Below are positions 38,374 to 48,861 of a stretch of DNA of 64,000 nucleotides, piece by piece. Source of the stretch: Mobula birostris (lineage: Eukaryota); assembly GCF_030028105.1 (NCBI RefSeq), contig NC_092383.1:86509921-86573920 (forward strand), given 5' to 3'. Below the pieces are notes generated by a model. It worked only from the letters and a program-made list of their open reading frames with translations. It was not told the origin of the DNA and did no database searches. How positions within the stretch are numbered: position 1 is the stretch's first letter; every line of letters starts with the position of its first letter. The position numbers were made by a program, and so were the translations under genes.

Positions 38374-41300
38374 TGCGATGGACATCTTTCTTCTCTTTCC
38401 CATTTCTTCTTCTAGTTCATGCATTTAGTTCACTGGAGTATTCTCTTATTAATCCTTCTATTGCTCCCTTTACAAAAGGACGGGTTGCACTTGAATCCTA
38501 GGGGGACCAATATCCTGGCAGGGAGATTAGCGGGGGCTACTGAGGTGACTTTAAACTAGAATGGTTGGGGGGTGGGAATCAAATTAAAGAGGCTAGGCGT
38601 GAGGAGGTTAGTTCACAACAGGGGGATGGGAACCAGTGCAGAGAGACAGAGGGGTGTAAGGTGAGGGTAGAAGCAAAAAGTACTATGGAGAAAAGTAAAA
38701 GTGGCAGGCCGACAAATCCAGGGCAAGCATTAAAAAGGGCCACTTTTCAGCATAATTGTATAAGGGCTAAGAGAGTTGTAAAAGAGCGCCTGAAGGCTTT
38801 GTGTGTCAATGCAAGGAGCATTCGTAATAAAGTGGATGAATTGAAAGTGCAGATTGTTATTAATGATTATGATATAGTTGGGATCACAGAGACATGGCTC
38901 CAGGGTGACCAGGGATGGGAGCTCAACGTTCAGGGATATTCAATATTCAGGAGGGATAGACATGAAGGAAGGGGAGGTGGGGTGGCGTTGCTGGTTAAAG
39001 AAGAGATTAACGCAATAGAAAGGAAGGACATAAGCCGGGAAGATGAGGAATCGATATGGGTAGAGCTGCGTAACACTAAGGGACAGATGACACTGGTGGG
39101 AGTTGTGTACAGGCCACCTAACAGTAGTAGTGAGGTCGGAGATGGTATTAAACAGGAAATTAGAAATGTGTGCAATAAAGGAACAGCAGTTATAATGGGT
39201 GACTTCAATCTACATGTAGATTGGGTGAACCAAATTGGTAAAGGTGCTGAGGAAGAGGATTTCTTGGAATGTATGCGGGATGGTCTTTTGAACCAACATG
39301 TTGAGGAACCAACTAGAGAGCAGGCTATTCTGGACTGGGTTTTGAGCAATGAGGAAGGGTTAATTAGCAATCTTGTCGTGAGAGGCCCCTTGGGTAAGAG
39401 TGACCATAATATGGTGGAATTCTTCATTAAGATGGAGAGTGACATAGTTAATTCAGAAACAAAGGTTCTGAACTTAAAGAGGGGTAACTTTGAAGGTATG
39501 AGACGTGAATTAGCTAAGATAGACTGGCAAATGACACTTAAAGGATTGACGGTGGATATGCAATGGCAAGCATTTAAAGGTTGCATGGATGAACTACAAC
39601 AATTGTTCATCCCAGTTTGGCAAAAGAATAAATCAAGGAAGGTAGTGCACCCATGGCTGACAAGAGAAATTAGGAATAGTATCAATTCCAAAGAAGAAGC
39701 ATACAAATTAGCCAGAGAAAGTGGCTCACCTGAGGACTGGGAGAAATTCAGAGTTCAGCAGAGGAGGACAAAGGGTTTAATTAGGAAGGGGAAAAAAGAT
39801 TATGAGAGAAAACTGGCAGGGAACATAAAAACGGACTGTAAAAGCTTTTATAGATATGTAAAAAGGAAAAGACTGGTAAAGACAAATGTAGGTCCCCTGC
39901 AGACAGAAACAGGTGAATTGATTATGGGGAGCAAGGACATGGCAGACCAACTGAATAATTACTTTGGTTCTGTCTTCACTAAGGAGGACATGAATAATCT
40001 TCCAGAAATAGTAGGGGACAGAGGGTCCAGTGAGATGGAGGAACTGAGCGAAATACATGTTAGTAGGGAAGTGGTGTTAGGTAAATTGAAGGGATTGAAG
40101 GCAGATAAATCCCCAGGGCCAGATGGTCTGCATCCCAGAGTGCTTAAGGAAGTAGCCCAAGAAATAGTGGATGCATTAGTGATAATTTTTCAAAACTAGT
40201 TAGATTCTGGACTAGTTCCTGAGGATTGGAGGGTGGCTAATGTAACTCCACTTTTTAAAAAAGGAGGGAGAGAGAAACCGGGGAATCATAGACCGGTTAG
40301 CCTAACGTCGGTGGTGGGGAAACTGCTGGAGTCAGTTATCAAGGATGTGATAACAGCACATTTGGAAAGTGGTGAAATGATCGGACAAAGTCAGCATGGA
40401 TTTGTGAAAGGAAAATCATGTCTGACGAATCTCATAGAATTTTTTGAGGATGTAACTAGTAGAGTGGAAAGGGGAGAACCTGTGGATGTGGTATATTTGG
40501 ATTTTCAGGAGGCTTTTGACAAGGTCCCACACAGGAGATTAGTGTGCAAACTTAAAGCACATGGTATTGGGGGTAAGGTATTGGTGTGGGTGGAGAGTTG
40601 GTTAGCAGACAGGAAGCAAAGAGTGGGAATAAACGGGACCCTTTCAGAATGGCAGGCGGTGACTAGTGGGGTACTGCAAGGCTCAGTGCTGGGACCCCAG
40701 TTGTTTACAATATATATTAATGACTTGGATGAGGGAATTAAATGCAGCATCTCCAAGTTTGCGGATGACACGAAGCTGGGGGGCAGTGTTAGCTGTGAGG
40801 AGGATGCTAAGAGGATGCAGGGTGACTTGGACAGGTTGGGTGAGTGGGCAAATTCATGGCAGATTCAATTTAATGTGGATAAATGTGAAGTTATCCACTT
40901 TGGTGGCAAAAATAGGAAAACAGATTATTATCTGAATGGTGGCCGATTAGGAAAAGGGGAGGTGCAACGAGACCTGGGTGTCATTATACACCAGTCATTG
41001 AAAGTGGGCATGCAGGTACAGCAGGCGGTGAAAAAGGCGAATGGTATGCTGGCATTTATAGCGAGAGGATTCAAGTACAGGAGCAGGGAGGTACTACTGC
41101 AGTTGTACAAGGCCTTGGTGAGACCCCACCTGGAGTATTGTGTGCAGTTTTGGTCCCCTAATCTGAGGAAAGACATCCTTGCCATAGAGGGAGTACAAAG
41201 AAGGTTCACCAGATTGATTCCTGGGATGGCAGGACTTTCATATGAAGAAAGACTGGATGAACTGGGCTTGTACTCGTTGGAATTTAGAAGATTGAGGGGG

Positions 41301-42160
41301 GATCTGATTGAAACGTATAAGATCCTAAAGGGATTGGACAGGCTAGATGCAGGAAGATTGTTCCCGATGTTGGAGAAGTCCAGAACGAGGGGCCACAGTT
41401 TGAGGATAGAGGGGAAGCGTTTTAGGACCGAGATTAGGAAAAACTTCTTCACACAGAGAGTGGTGAATCTGTGGAATTCTCTGCCACAGGAAACAGTTGA
41501 GGCCAGTTCATTGGCTATATTTAAGAGGGAGTTAGATATGGCCCTTGTGGCTACGGGGGTCAGGGGGTATGGAGGGAAGTCTGGGGCGGGGTTCTGAGTT
41601 GGATGATCAGCCATGAGCATAATAAATGGCGGTGCAGGATCGAAGGGCCGAATGGCCTACTCCTGCACCTATTTTCTATGTTTCTATGTTTCTATGTTTA
41701 CAACCTGATCTGCCCTCTAGGTTTCCTCATCCACAACCTGTGGCAAATCCTCTGTTTTTGTCTCTCCTTTGACTCTATTTCTTTTTGGCCTTCCTTTCAT
41801 CGATCTGGTCTTTGGTCTTTGGTCTTTGCATCTACTTTTACAAGCAATTTTTTCTCCTACTTGACATTCCTGCAACAACCATAAAACACACAGAGTAGGT
41901 TTCAGTTCTTTACAGGCACAAAAGCCAAATGCTTGCAACTTTCCTGAAGATCCTTAAACTCTCCTCCAGCTTAAAACCAAGCCACATTTCACAAGTATCT
42001 GACTGATTAACTTATCAGAAGCTTTCTCAGACATGTTGCCTATAAAAACTGTTGTAGTCCAACTAGTGCTTTCATCATTTTCACTCTTCCTCTGAGCAGC
42101 GTGGCCCTTCCTTACAGGAATATGCTTTCCAATCAGAGGTATAGAAGTTGGAACCAACAC
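38374..42160 (-). pseudogene. RBM25: Processed RBM25 fragment (N-terminal RRM region), split by the CR1 insertion; pieces 42160-41697 and 38468-38374
   Basis: VLVPT..IGKH...ENDE..TTTVFIGNMSEKASDKLISQILVKCGLVLSWRRV*GSSGKLQAFGFC...DEET*RADQVVKGAIEGLIREYSSELNA matches my recollection of vertebrate RBM25 (TTTVFVGNISEKASDMLIRQLLAKCGLVLSWKRVQGASGKLQAFGFC...IKGAIEVLIREYSSELNA). Intronless, with stops and frameshifts. Confidence 0.9.
38476..41696 (+). mobile_element. Near-intact CR1 LINE: ORF1 tail plus complete ORF2 (APE endonuclease + RT) with one nonsense codon
   Basis: GLHLNPRGTNILAG (ORF1 esterase end); GITETW, GDFN, SDH, FADD motifs; TAG at 40197-40199; (ttctatgt)n tail; 7-bp TSD tttacaa at 38469-38475 and 41697-41703. 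Confidence 0.96.
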
Positions 42161-42671
42161 ATGTTTGTTCTCAGTTAGGCAATGGTTTATGATGTATGTC
42201 AAAGAGGCAGTTGTGGCATTATCTAGTACCTTTCTTAATTTGGTTTCAGTCGGCTTCATTGCAAGGGATGTGGCATGCAATTGGTGGATGGATCTCCAAT
42301 CGAGTAGCAGTTGTCTCAGCAAATGAAGTCCCCACAATGCTGGTCCTTCTGTTTTTACCACATACAAGCTCAATGTGGCTCACAGTTCTGCATGTCATTC
42401 CCACAGGAGTTATCCTTTTACCAGTATAAGTTCTCAGTTGAATATTTGCAGGCTTCACTTTGGTATCTTTCAAATGCTGTTTAAACTCATTTTGTGGGAT
42501 GACTGAAACAGCTGAACTAGTGCCTAATTCCATTTTACTAATTTGTCGTTTACTCCTGGTGTAAGCCACATTGCTTGTTTGTTGTTAATTTTCATACAGT
42601 AAAGCTCAAGGCTACACAGTCCTGTGTCACTCTCATCATAATCAGATTTTTCATCTACAGCATGCAGATTT

Positions 42672-44117
42672 GAAACATAGAAAATAGGTGCAGGAGTAGG
42701 CCATTCGGCCCTTCGAGCCTGCACTGCCATTTATTATGATCATGGCTGATCATCCAACTCAGAACCCCGCCCCAGACTTCCCTCCATACCCCCTGACCCC
42801 CGTAGCCACAAGGGCCATATCTAACTCCCTCTTAAATATAGCCAATGAACTGGCCTCAACTGTTTCCTGTGGCAGAGAATTCCACAGATTCACCACTCTC
42901 TGTGTGAAGAAGTTTTTCCTAATCTCAGTCCTAAAAGGCTTCCCCTTTATCCTCAAACTGTGACCCCTCGTTCTGGACTTCCCCAGCATCGGGAACAATC
43001 TTCTTGCATCTAGCCTGTCCAATCCCTTTAGGATTTTATACGTTTCAATCAGATCCCCCCTCAATCTTCTAAATTCCAACGAGTACAAGCCCAGTTCATC
43101 CAGTCTTTCTTCATATGAAAGTCCTGCCATCCCAGGGATCAATCTGGTGAACCTTCTTTGTACTCCCTCTATGGCAAGGATGTCTTTCCTCAGATTAGGG
43201 GACCAAAACTGCACACAATACTCCAGGTGTGGTCTCACCAAGGCCTTGTACAACTGCAGTTGTACCTCCCTGCTCCATCCTCTCCCTATAAATGCCAGCA
43301 TACCATTCGCCTTTTTCACCGCCTGCTGTACCTGCATGCCCACTTTCAATGACTGGTGTATAATGACACCCAGGTCTCGTTGCACCTCCCCTTTTCCTAA
43401 TCGGCCACCATTCAGATAATAATCTGTTTTCCTATTTTTGCCACCAAAGTGGATAACTTCACATTTATCCACATTAAATTGAATCTGCCATGAATTTGCC
43501 CACTCACCCAACCTATCCAAGTCACCCTGCATCCTCTTAGCATCCTCCCCTCCTCACAGCTAACACTGCCGCTCAGCTTCGTGTCATCCGCAAACTTGGA
43601 GATGCTGCATTTAATTCCCTCATCCAAGTCATTAATATATATTGTAAACAACTGGGGTCCCAGCACTGAGCCTTGCAGTACCCCACTAGTCACCGCCTGC
43701 CATTCTGAAAAGGTCCCGTTTATTCCCACTCTTTGCTTCCTGTCTGCTAACCAATTCTCTATCCACATCAATACCTTACCCCCAATACCATGTGCTTTAA
43801 GTTTGCACACTAATCTGTGTGGGACCTTGTCAAAAGCCTTTTGAAAATCCAAATATACCACATCCACTGGTTCTCCCCTATCCACTCTACTAGTTACATC
43901 CTCAAAAAATTCTGAGATTCGTCAGACATGATTTTCCTTTCACAAATCCATGCTGACTTTGTCCGATGATTTCACCACTTTCCAAATGTGCTGTTATCAC
44001 ATCTTTGATAACTGACTCCAGCAGTTTCCCCACCACCGACGTTAGCCTAACTGGTCTATAATTCCCTGGTTTTTCTCTCCCTTTTTTTTTAAAAAGTGGG
44101 GTTACATTAGCCACCCT
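42672..44117 (-). mobile_element. 5'-truncated young CR1 inserted in the Gypsy gag-protease linker
   Basis: Near-identical to the 3' 1.45 kb of 38476-41696; flanks rejoin as gcagattagtgc. Confidence 0.94.
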
Positions 44118-44262
44118 TAGTGCTTTTTCGAAACTGCAAGTTGACTTTTTAGCTTTTTTGCTTCCTAGTACCATGCATTTATTTTTGTCTGGCTGGCAAG
44201 TTCTTTGTATGTGTCCTACTTTGTTGCACTTTCTGCAAGTTTCAGCTTTAAACCTGTATTTG

Positions 44263-44975
44263 TGTCACAATGGGGTGCTGGGAATGGACCCAAATACAAG
44301 AAACAGACACTGAAGTACAAGGAACAGGACTTGACTAGAGTAGGGACGTGACAGGATACAGACAAGGAGCAGGGACAAGAACGCAGACTAGGGCTTGGAT
44401 CCCAAGCCAGAGACTGGACAAGGACCCAAAACCTGGGTTTTGTCTCGGACTCAGGCCCCAGAACCAGGCATGGACATGACATGACTGCAGGACTGGAGGT
44501 TGGGGTCTTGAGGCTTGAGGCTTGGAGACAGGCTAGGGGTCTTGAGGCTGGAGGCTTGGAGACAGGCTAGGGGTCTTGGTCTTGAGGCTTGGAGACAGGC
44601 TTTGGGTCTTGAGGCTTGGAGACAGGCTTGGGGTCTTGGTCTTGAGGCTTGGAGACAGGCTTGGAGTCTTGGTCTTGAGGCTTGGAGACAGGCTTGGGGT
44701 GCTGGTGTTGAGGTTTGGGGTCTTGGTCTTGAAGTGAGCAGGCAGAGAGTCAGGCAAGGTATCCAGGCAGAGAGTCAGGCAAGGGGGAAACAACAGGGAG
44801 GGGAGCAGGACAGTCCAGCAGGGAATTCCTGGTTTGTAGAAGTATTTATGTCTCAGCCCCAAAACGAGAAACATGTGACCCAAACAGAAACTGGGGAATA
44901 TCAGAAACCCTGGAACGAGGAACCATGGACCGGACCGTGAAGCGGAACACGGACTTTACGGACCGGACTATGACA
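44263..44975. mobile_element. Solo LTR-like element (713 bp) inserted in Gypsy gag
   Basis: tgtca...tgaca termini and 5-bp TSD atttg (44258-44262, 44976-44980). Confidence 0.8.
44502..44732. repeat. Minisatellite of 27-33 bp units (ggtcttgaggcttggagacaggct...)
   Basis: Direct reading; about six full units inside the solo LTR. Confidence 0.92.
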
Positions 44976-46622
44976 ATTTGTTTGGTGAACATGAGCCCCT
45001 GACACAATGGTAACACAATTTGTTCAGCCAGGCCAGTTTATGTTTGGACAATGTAATTTGTCTACACTCACTTTCATTCCTGATTGCAATTTAATTGTAT
45101 CTCTGTGTGTGGTTTCCATTGAAACAGCAATTTTACCTGCTCTCTTGAATGTAAGTTGTGCTACAGTTAGGAATCATTTGTGAATGCTTTCTTGAAAGAT
45201 TCCACAAAATAAATAATCTCTCAGTACATCTTTAAGCCTATTGTTGAGGTGACAATGGTCAGGCAATCTCTTCAATTCAGCCATGAACACTGAAGTGGGC
45301 TCCCCTTCTTTTAGATTTTGCTTATGAAACCTAAAGCTTTCTGCAACAAACAGTGGCATTGTTTCTAAATGTTCTTGAGAATATTAGCAAAGCTAATTTC
45401 TGCTGGTTTGTTTGGAGCAGTCAAACTTTGAAGCAAACTATATGCCTTTAAAGGCAAAGTACTTGGAAAAATTTGCACTCATTTCTTGATGTCTATTACA
45501 TTTTCTTCAAGCTAGTGTTGAATTAGTTCAGTATACATATTCCCCTGCCACGTACATGATTTCCCAATATGTCTGAGCGGCGTGGAGGGAAATTTTCCGC
45601 CAAATGGAAATTCCAGATGCGACCTAACAACGACGATACACATTCCAATTATCTGCTATGGAATCAGACAAGCCAATCTTTCTGATGTAGCCATCTGTGT
45701 CTGCTGTTTTAAATGATGATTATCGCCCAGTACTCACTCTTTATGAATGGATGAATTCTTCTGATATCTGACTTTTTTAATACTTGATCGTGTTCTCCCT
45801 TCAGAAGAACATGTGCTGTGCTGTTTTTTAATTAAACTTGACCATCTTTCTATGTGCTGGGCTACGATTTTTTTAACTTGCAGTGTTTTTTTTTAGTTCA
45901 AATATTTCTCTGCGTTTCAACAGGTTGACAGCTACCTAACATTCATTTTAAAGATACGTCATCGCCAATGTATGTTTTGTAACTTCAAAACATCAAACTA
46001 ATTCAAAAGGAAATACGGGAGTCGGGGAATATTCTTCACTTCATTCTTCACTTCAAGTGAGGCATGTATGTATCATGTAAATTAAATATATCTTCATTCT
46101 AGCTCACATGTAACCCATAATTTATTATTTTCACACACACACAAACACACAAGATGACTCATATAGAACTGAAATACTAAATACAGCTTCCACTAGTAGG
46201 GGAGCCAAGGACAAAAGGGCAGTCTCAGAATGGACGGACATCCCTTCAGAACAGAAATAAGGAGGAATATCCTTCATCAGAGGTGGTGAATCTGTGGAAT
46301 TCATTATTACAGATGGCTGTGGAGACCAAGTCATTGGGTATATTCATTAGTGAGGGCATTAAAGCTTACAGGGAGAAGGCAGGAGAATAGAGTTTACTGG
46401 GATAATATATCAGCTATGATAGAATGCCGAAGCAAACTTTACGGGCCAAATGGCCTTACCCTGCTCCTGTGTTTATGGCCCTATGGTCTTGATTCCATCA
46501 AGAAAATCCAGGAACCTGAATGTGATCTGTTCACCATGTTTGAATTTTCATTCTCAACTAAGCCAAGAGGATAAATTAGTTATTAGCATCAACAATTTGT
46601 TAATAAGAATATTAGCTGATTG

Positions 46623-46628
46623 TTTATT
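46623..46628 (-). terminator. Candidate polyadenylation signal of gene D
   Basis: AATAAA on the minus strand downstream of the candidate stop codon. Confidence 0.35.
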
Positions 46629-46879
46629 AATTATTGAAACATACAACAACAACCTCAGGCATTTGAGTCCATAGAACAGCATTTAATAGAGTAAACTGGT
46701 CTTAAGCAGTTCACAGCCATGACAGGGTTAAAAATCGTTGCTTGCACAATGAAAAGAAAACATTGTGAAAAGGTGCCATACAGTTGAGATCTGTGAAGGT
46801 GACATGTTGGAAATGGAATGCTAAAAAAAGTCAAAGTCCTTACGTATGGTAACATTATTTTTTCACCTTCATGAAGTTG

Positions 46880-46930
46880 TTAATGAATGACAAGAGAGGT
46901 TAATTCACAGATGTTAAATTTGTCTATATT
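46880..46930 (-). CDS. Gene D candidate terminal cytoplasmic exon
   Basis: Acceptor catactttttcag|AAT after a 75-nt intron, phase 0, NIDKFNICELTSLVIH*; AATAAA about 250 nt downstream. Confidence 0.5.
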   Translation of the reverse strand, partial: NIDKFNICELTSLVIH

Positions 46931-47005
46931 CTGAAAAAGTATGACTATTTCATCTTGGTGTGAAATTCCAGCAGAATCTGTGTGATCCAGAAGCCTTCAC
47001 TTTAC

Positions 47006-47044
47006 CTTATAGACCAGTCTGGGAGGATCTGATTCATCGCGTCT
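47006..47044 (-). CDS. Gene D cytoplasmic exon 1
   Basis: Acceptor ccatttccttttgcag|AGA, donor AAG|GTAAAG; 39 nt, phase 0-0, RRDESDPPRLVYK. Confidence 0.65.
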
Positions 47045-47262
47045 CTGCAAAAGGAAATGGTCAAATCATCAGACTCATCAACACTGGGAACTCTGATTTA
47101 GAGTTGTATCTGGAGCTTGGACTCCAATATATTCACATCAAGCATTCTGCACACATAGTATGTCAACATCTTGTCAATATCATCTGCAAATAGCTTTGGA
47201 TTGACCATCCTCAAATGATCAATATATTTGAGTGCAAATTCTATTGTTTTCCATAAGCCTAC

Positions 47263-47350
47263 CTTGGTTTCCCTTGTGAACCACGTGACCGAAATAGTGC
47301 AGATCAGGAAAGCGAAGAGCAGCCAACAACCAACCTTCCATATCATGAAA
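47263..47350 (-). CDS. Gene D transmembrane exon
   Basis: Acceptor cccctttacgcag|T, donor AAG|GTAGGC; 88 nt, phase 2-0, FMIWKVGCWLLFAFLICTISVTWFTRETK. Confidence 0.78.
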
Positions 47351-47422
47351 CTGCGTAAAGGGGAAGAGTAACAGAACTGATGAGATACAGAAACGAGATG
47401 GCTTTGTGTTTGAAATATTTAC

Positions 47423-47496
47423 CTCCTGTTTCCTCTGTAACATTAGTGGAGTGGGGTGAGGTAAATAAGCAGAGCTGGAGGAGTAAATAATGTTGA
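47423..47496 (-). CDS. Gene D candidate stalk exon (frame unresolved)
   Basis: Donor GGAG|GTAAAT, 72-nt intron to the TM exon; acceptors at 47496 and 47474. The frame that joins the TM exon contains TAA. Confidence 0.4.
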
Positions 47497-48229
47497 CTGA
47501 ATGAAAGGGAGAAAAACATCATCAGTTGGAATAAAACCATATTTTCTCGAGGCAATGGCAACATCTTGCAATGCAGTCATTCACTGATACTATTATGGTT
47601 GTTGGAATTACAGTAGATCCGCTAGAAAATGAATCTCAGGGTTGTATAATAAATTTACCTTGATAATAAATTTACTTCGAGCTTTGAAATCTTTTCTGCA
47701 CTACATCCAGTTGAATAACAATTCCCTTTTGTAACAGAGTACCAGATTCTCTACTCTGACTAATACCAGAAACCTTCTTCACTATAGTGACTCCACTTTC
47801 AAGGAACCATGTACCTGAATTCCAAGATCCCATTGTTCTTTAACACTTCCCAGGGCCCAACCAATCACTTCGAAAGACTTACTTGATTTGTCTTTTGAAA
47901 ATGCAAGACTTTGCACAATTCTGAATTAAACTCCATTTGCTATTCCTCAGCCCAAAAACTCAGCTCATCAAGATCCTCTGTAATTCTTCAAAATCCTTTT
48001 CACCAGGGACATGAGATGTACAGGTTGGAAAGGTGACAGCAAACTTCTCCATTCTCAGAGGTGAATGAAACTAGATGACATGGATTTAGATTTGAAGCGA
48101 TTGTTTTCACCCAGAGAGTGGTGGAAAAAGTGTCACAGTCAATGTTTGTGGAGTGTCTGAATGAGATCTCAAGTCACATCTCCATGGTAGGCTTTGGACC
48201 TTGTTCTGGAAGATAGGGTTTAGATACAT

Positions 48230-48700
48230 TACTGTGCAAAATACAGGTGCATTTAAAAGAATTCTGTAAAGTGACGATGCTTTCAAAAGTAATGAAATGA
48301 AAAATATTTAAATATTTAAAAATATTATAATGTGCATTAAGCAGCAATAAACTAAATCAAATCAAAGTTGGGTGTCACCACACTTTGCCTTTAAAACTAC
48401 TTCAATTCTTTCGGGTACCCTGTCATGCAGTTTTATAAGAAAATCATCTGCTAGGTTGTTCCAAGTGTCTTGGAGAACTTGCCACATTTCTTTTTCAGAC
48501 CTTGGCTTCTGCTTCTCCAAGCAATCACAGACAGCCTCGGTGTTGTGATCAGGACTCTGGAGATGATACCACCTGAAACTAAATAAGAATCGAAGGTGCC
48601 TAAGGCATTTGCAGTATACTGTAGATGGATGTGCAATGGAAATCCACATGGTCTTTGTCTGTGTTGTACGACTCTGGGACCAGATGAACCTGTTACACAA
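48230..48700. mobile_element. Tc1-like relic (related piece at about 36525-36900)
   Basis: Minus-strand QDTWNNL...LIKLHDRVPERIEVVLKAKCG resembles a Tc1 transposase C-terminus. Confidence 0.6.
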
Positions 48701-48861
48701 CAGCATTATCTGAACCCTGAAGCTTAAAGTTCAAAGTGGATTTATTACCAAAATACATATCTGTCATCATATACAACTCTGAGATTCAATTTCTTGTGGG
48801 CATACTCAGTAAATCTATAGATTAATAACCACAACAGAATGAACAGAATGACCACAACAGA

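Larger units (their letters stand above)
37670..46187 (-). mobile_element. Ty3/Gypsy LTR retrotransposon, internally deleted and multiply nested
   Basis: Related LTRs at 45969-46187 and 37670-38141, candidate TSD ttcc, PBS-like tggcgatgacg; gag (AESFRFHK, Cys knuckles), protease (MELGTSSAVSVIP), integrase C-terminus (EEAPEPKMVSQ). RT and RNaseH are missing. Confidence 0.88.

Noticed and set aside
38930-41620. Long minus-strand ORFs (258 aa, 230 aa and similar ones over other CR1 copies)
   Set aside because: Antisense shadows of CR1 ORF2, repeated in every copy.
44502-44732. CRISPR-like array of about 30-bp repeats
   Set aside because: Units are contiguous with no unique spacers, no cas genes, eukaryotic context; it is a minisatellite.
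47163-47183. Alternative short tail MILTRC* from an acceptor at 47183
   Set aside because: Weak polypyrimidine tract compared with the 47044 acceptor; possible minor isoform only.
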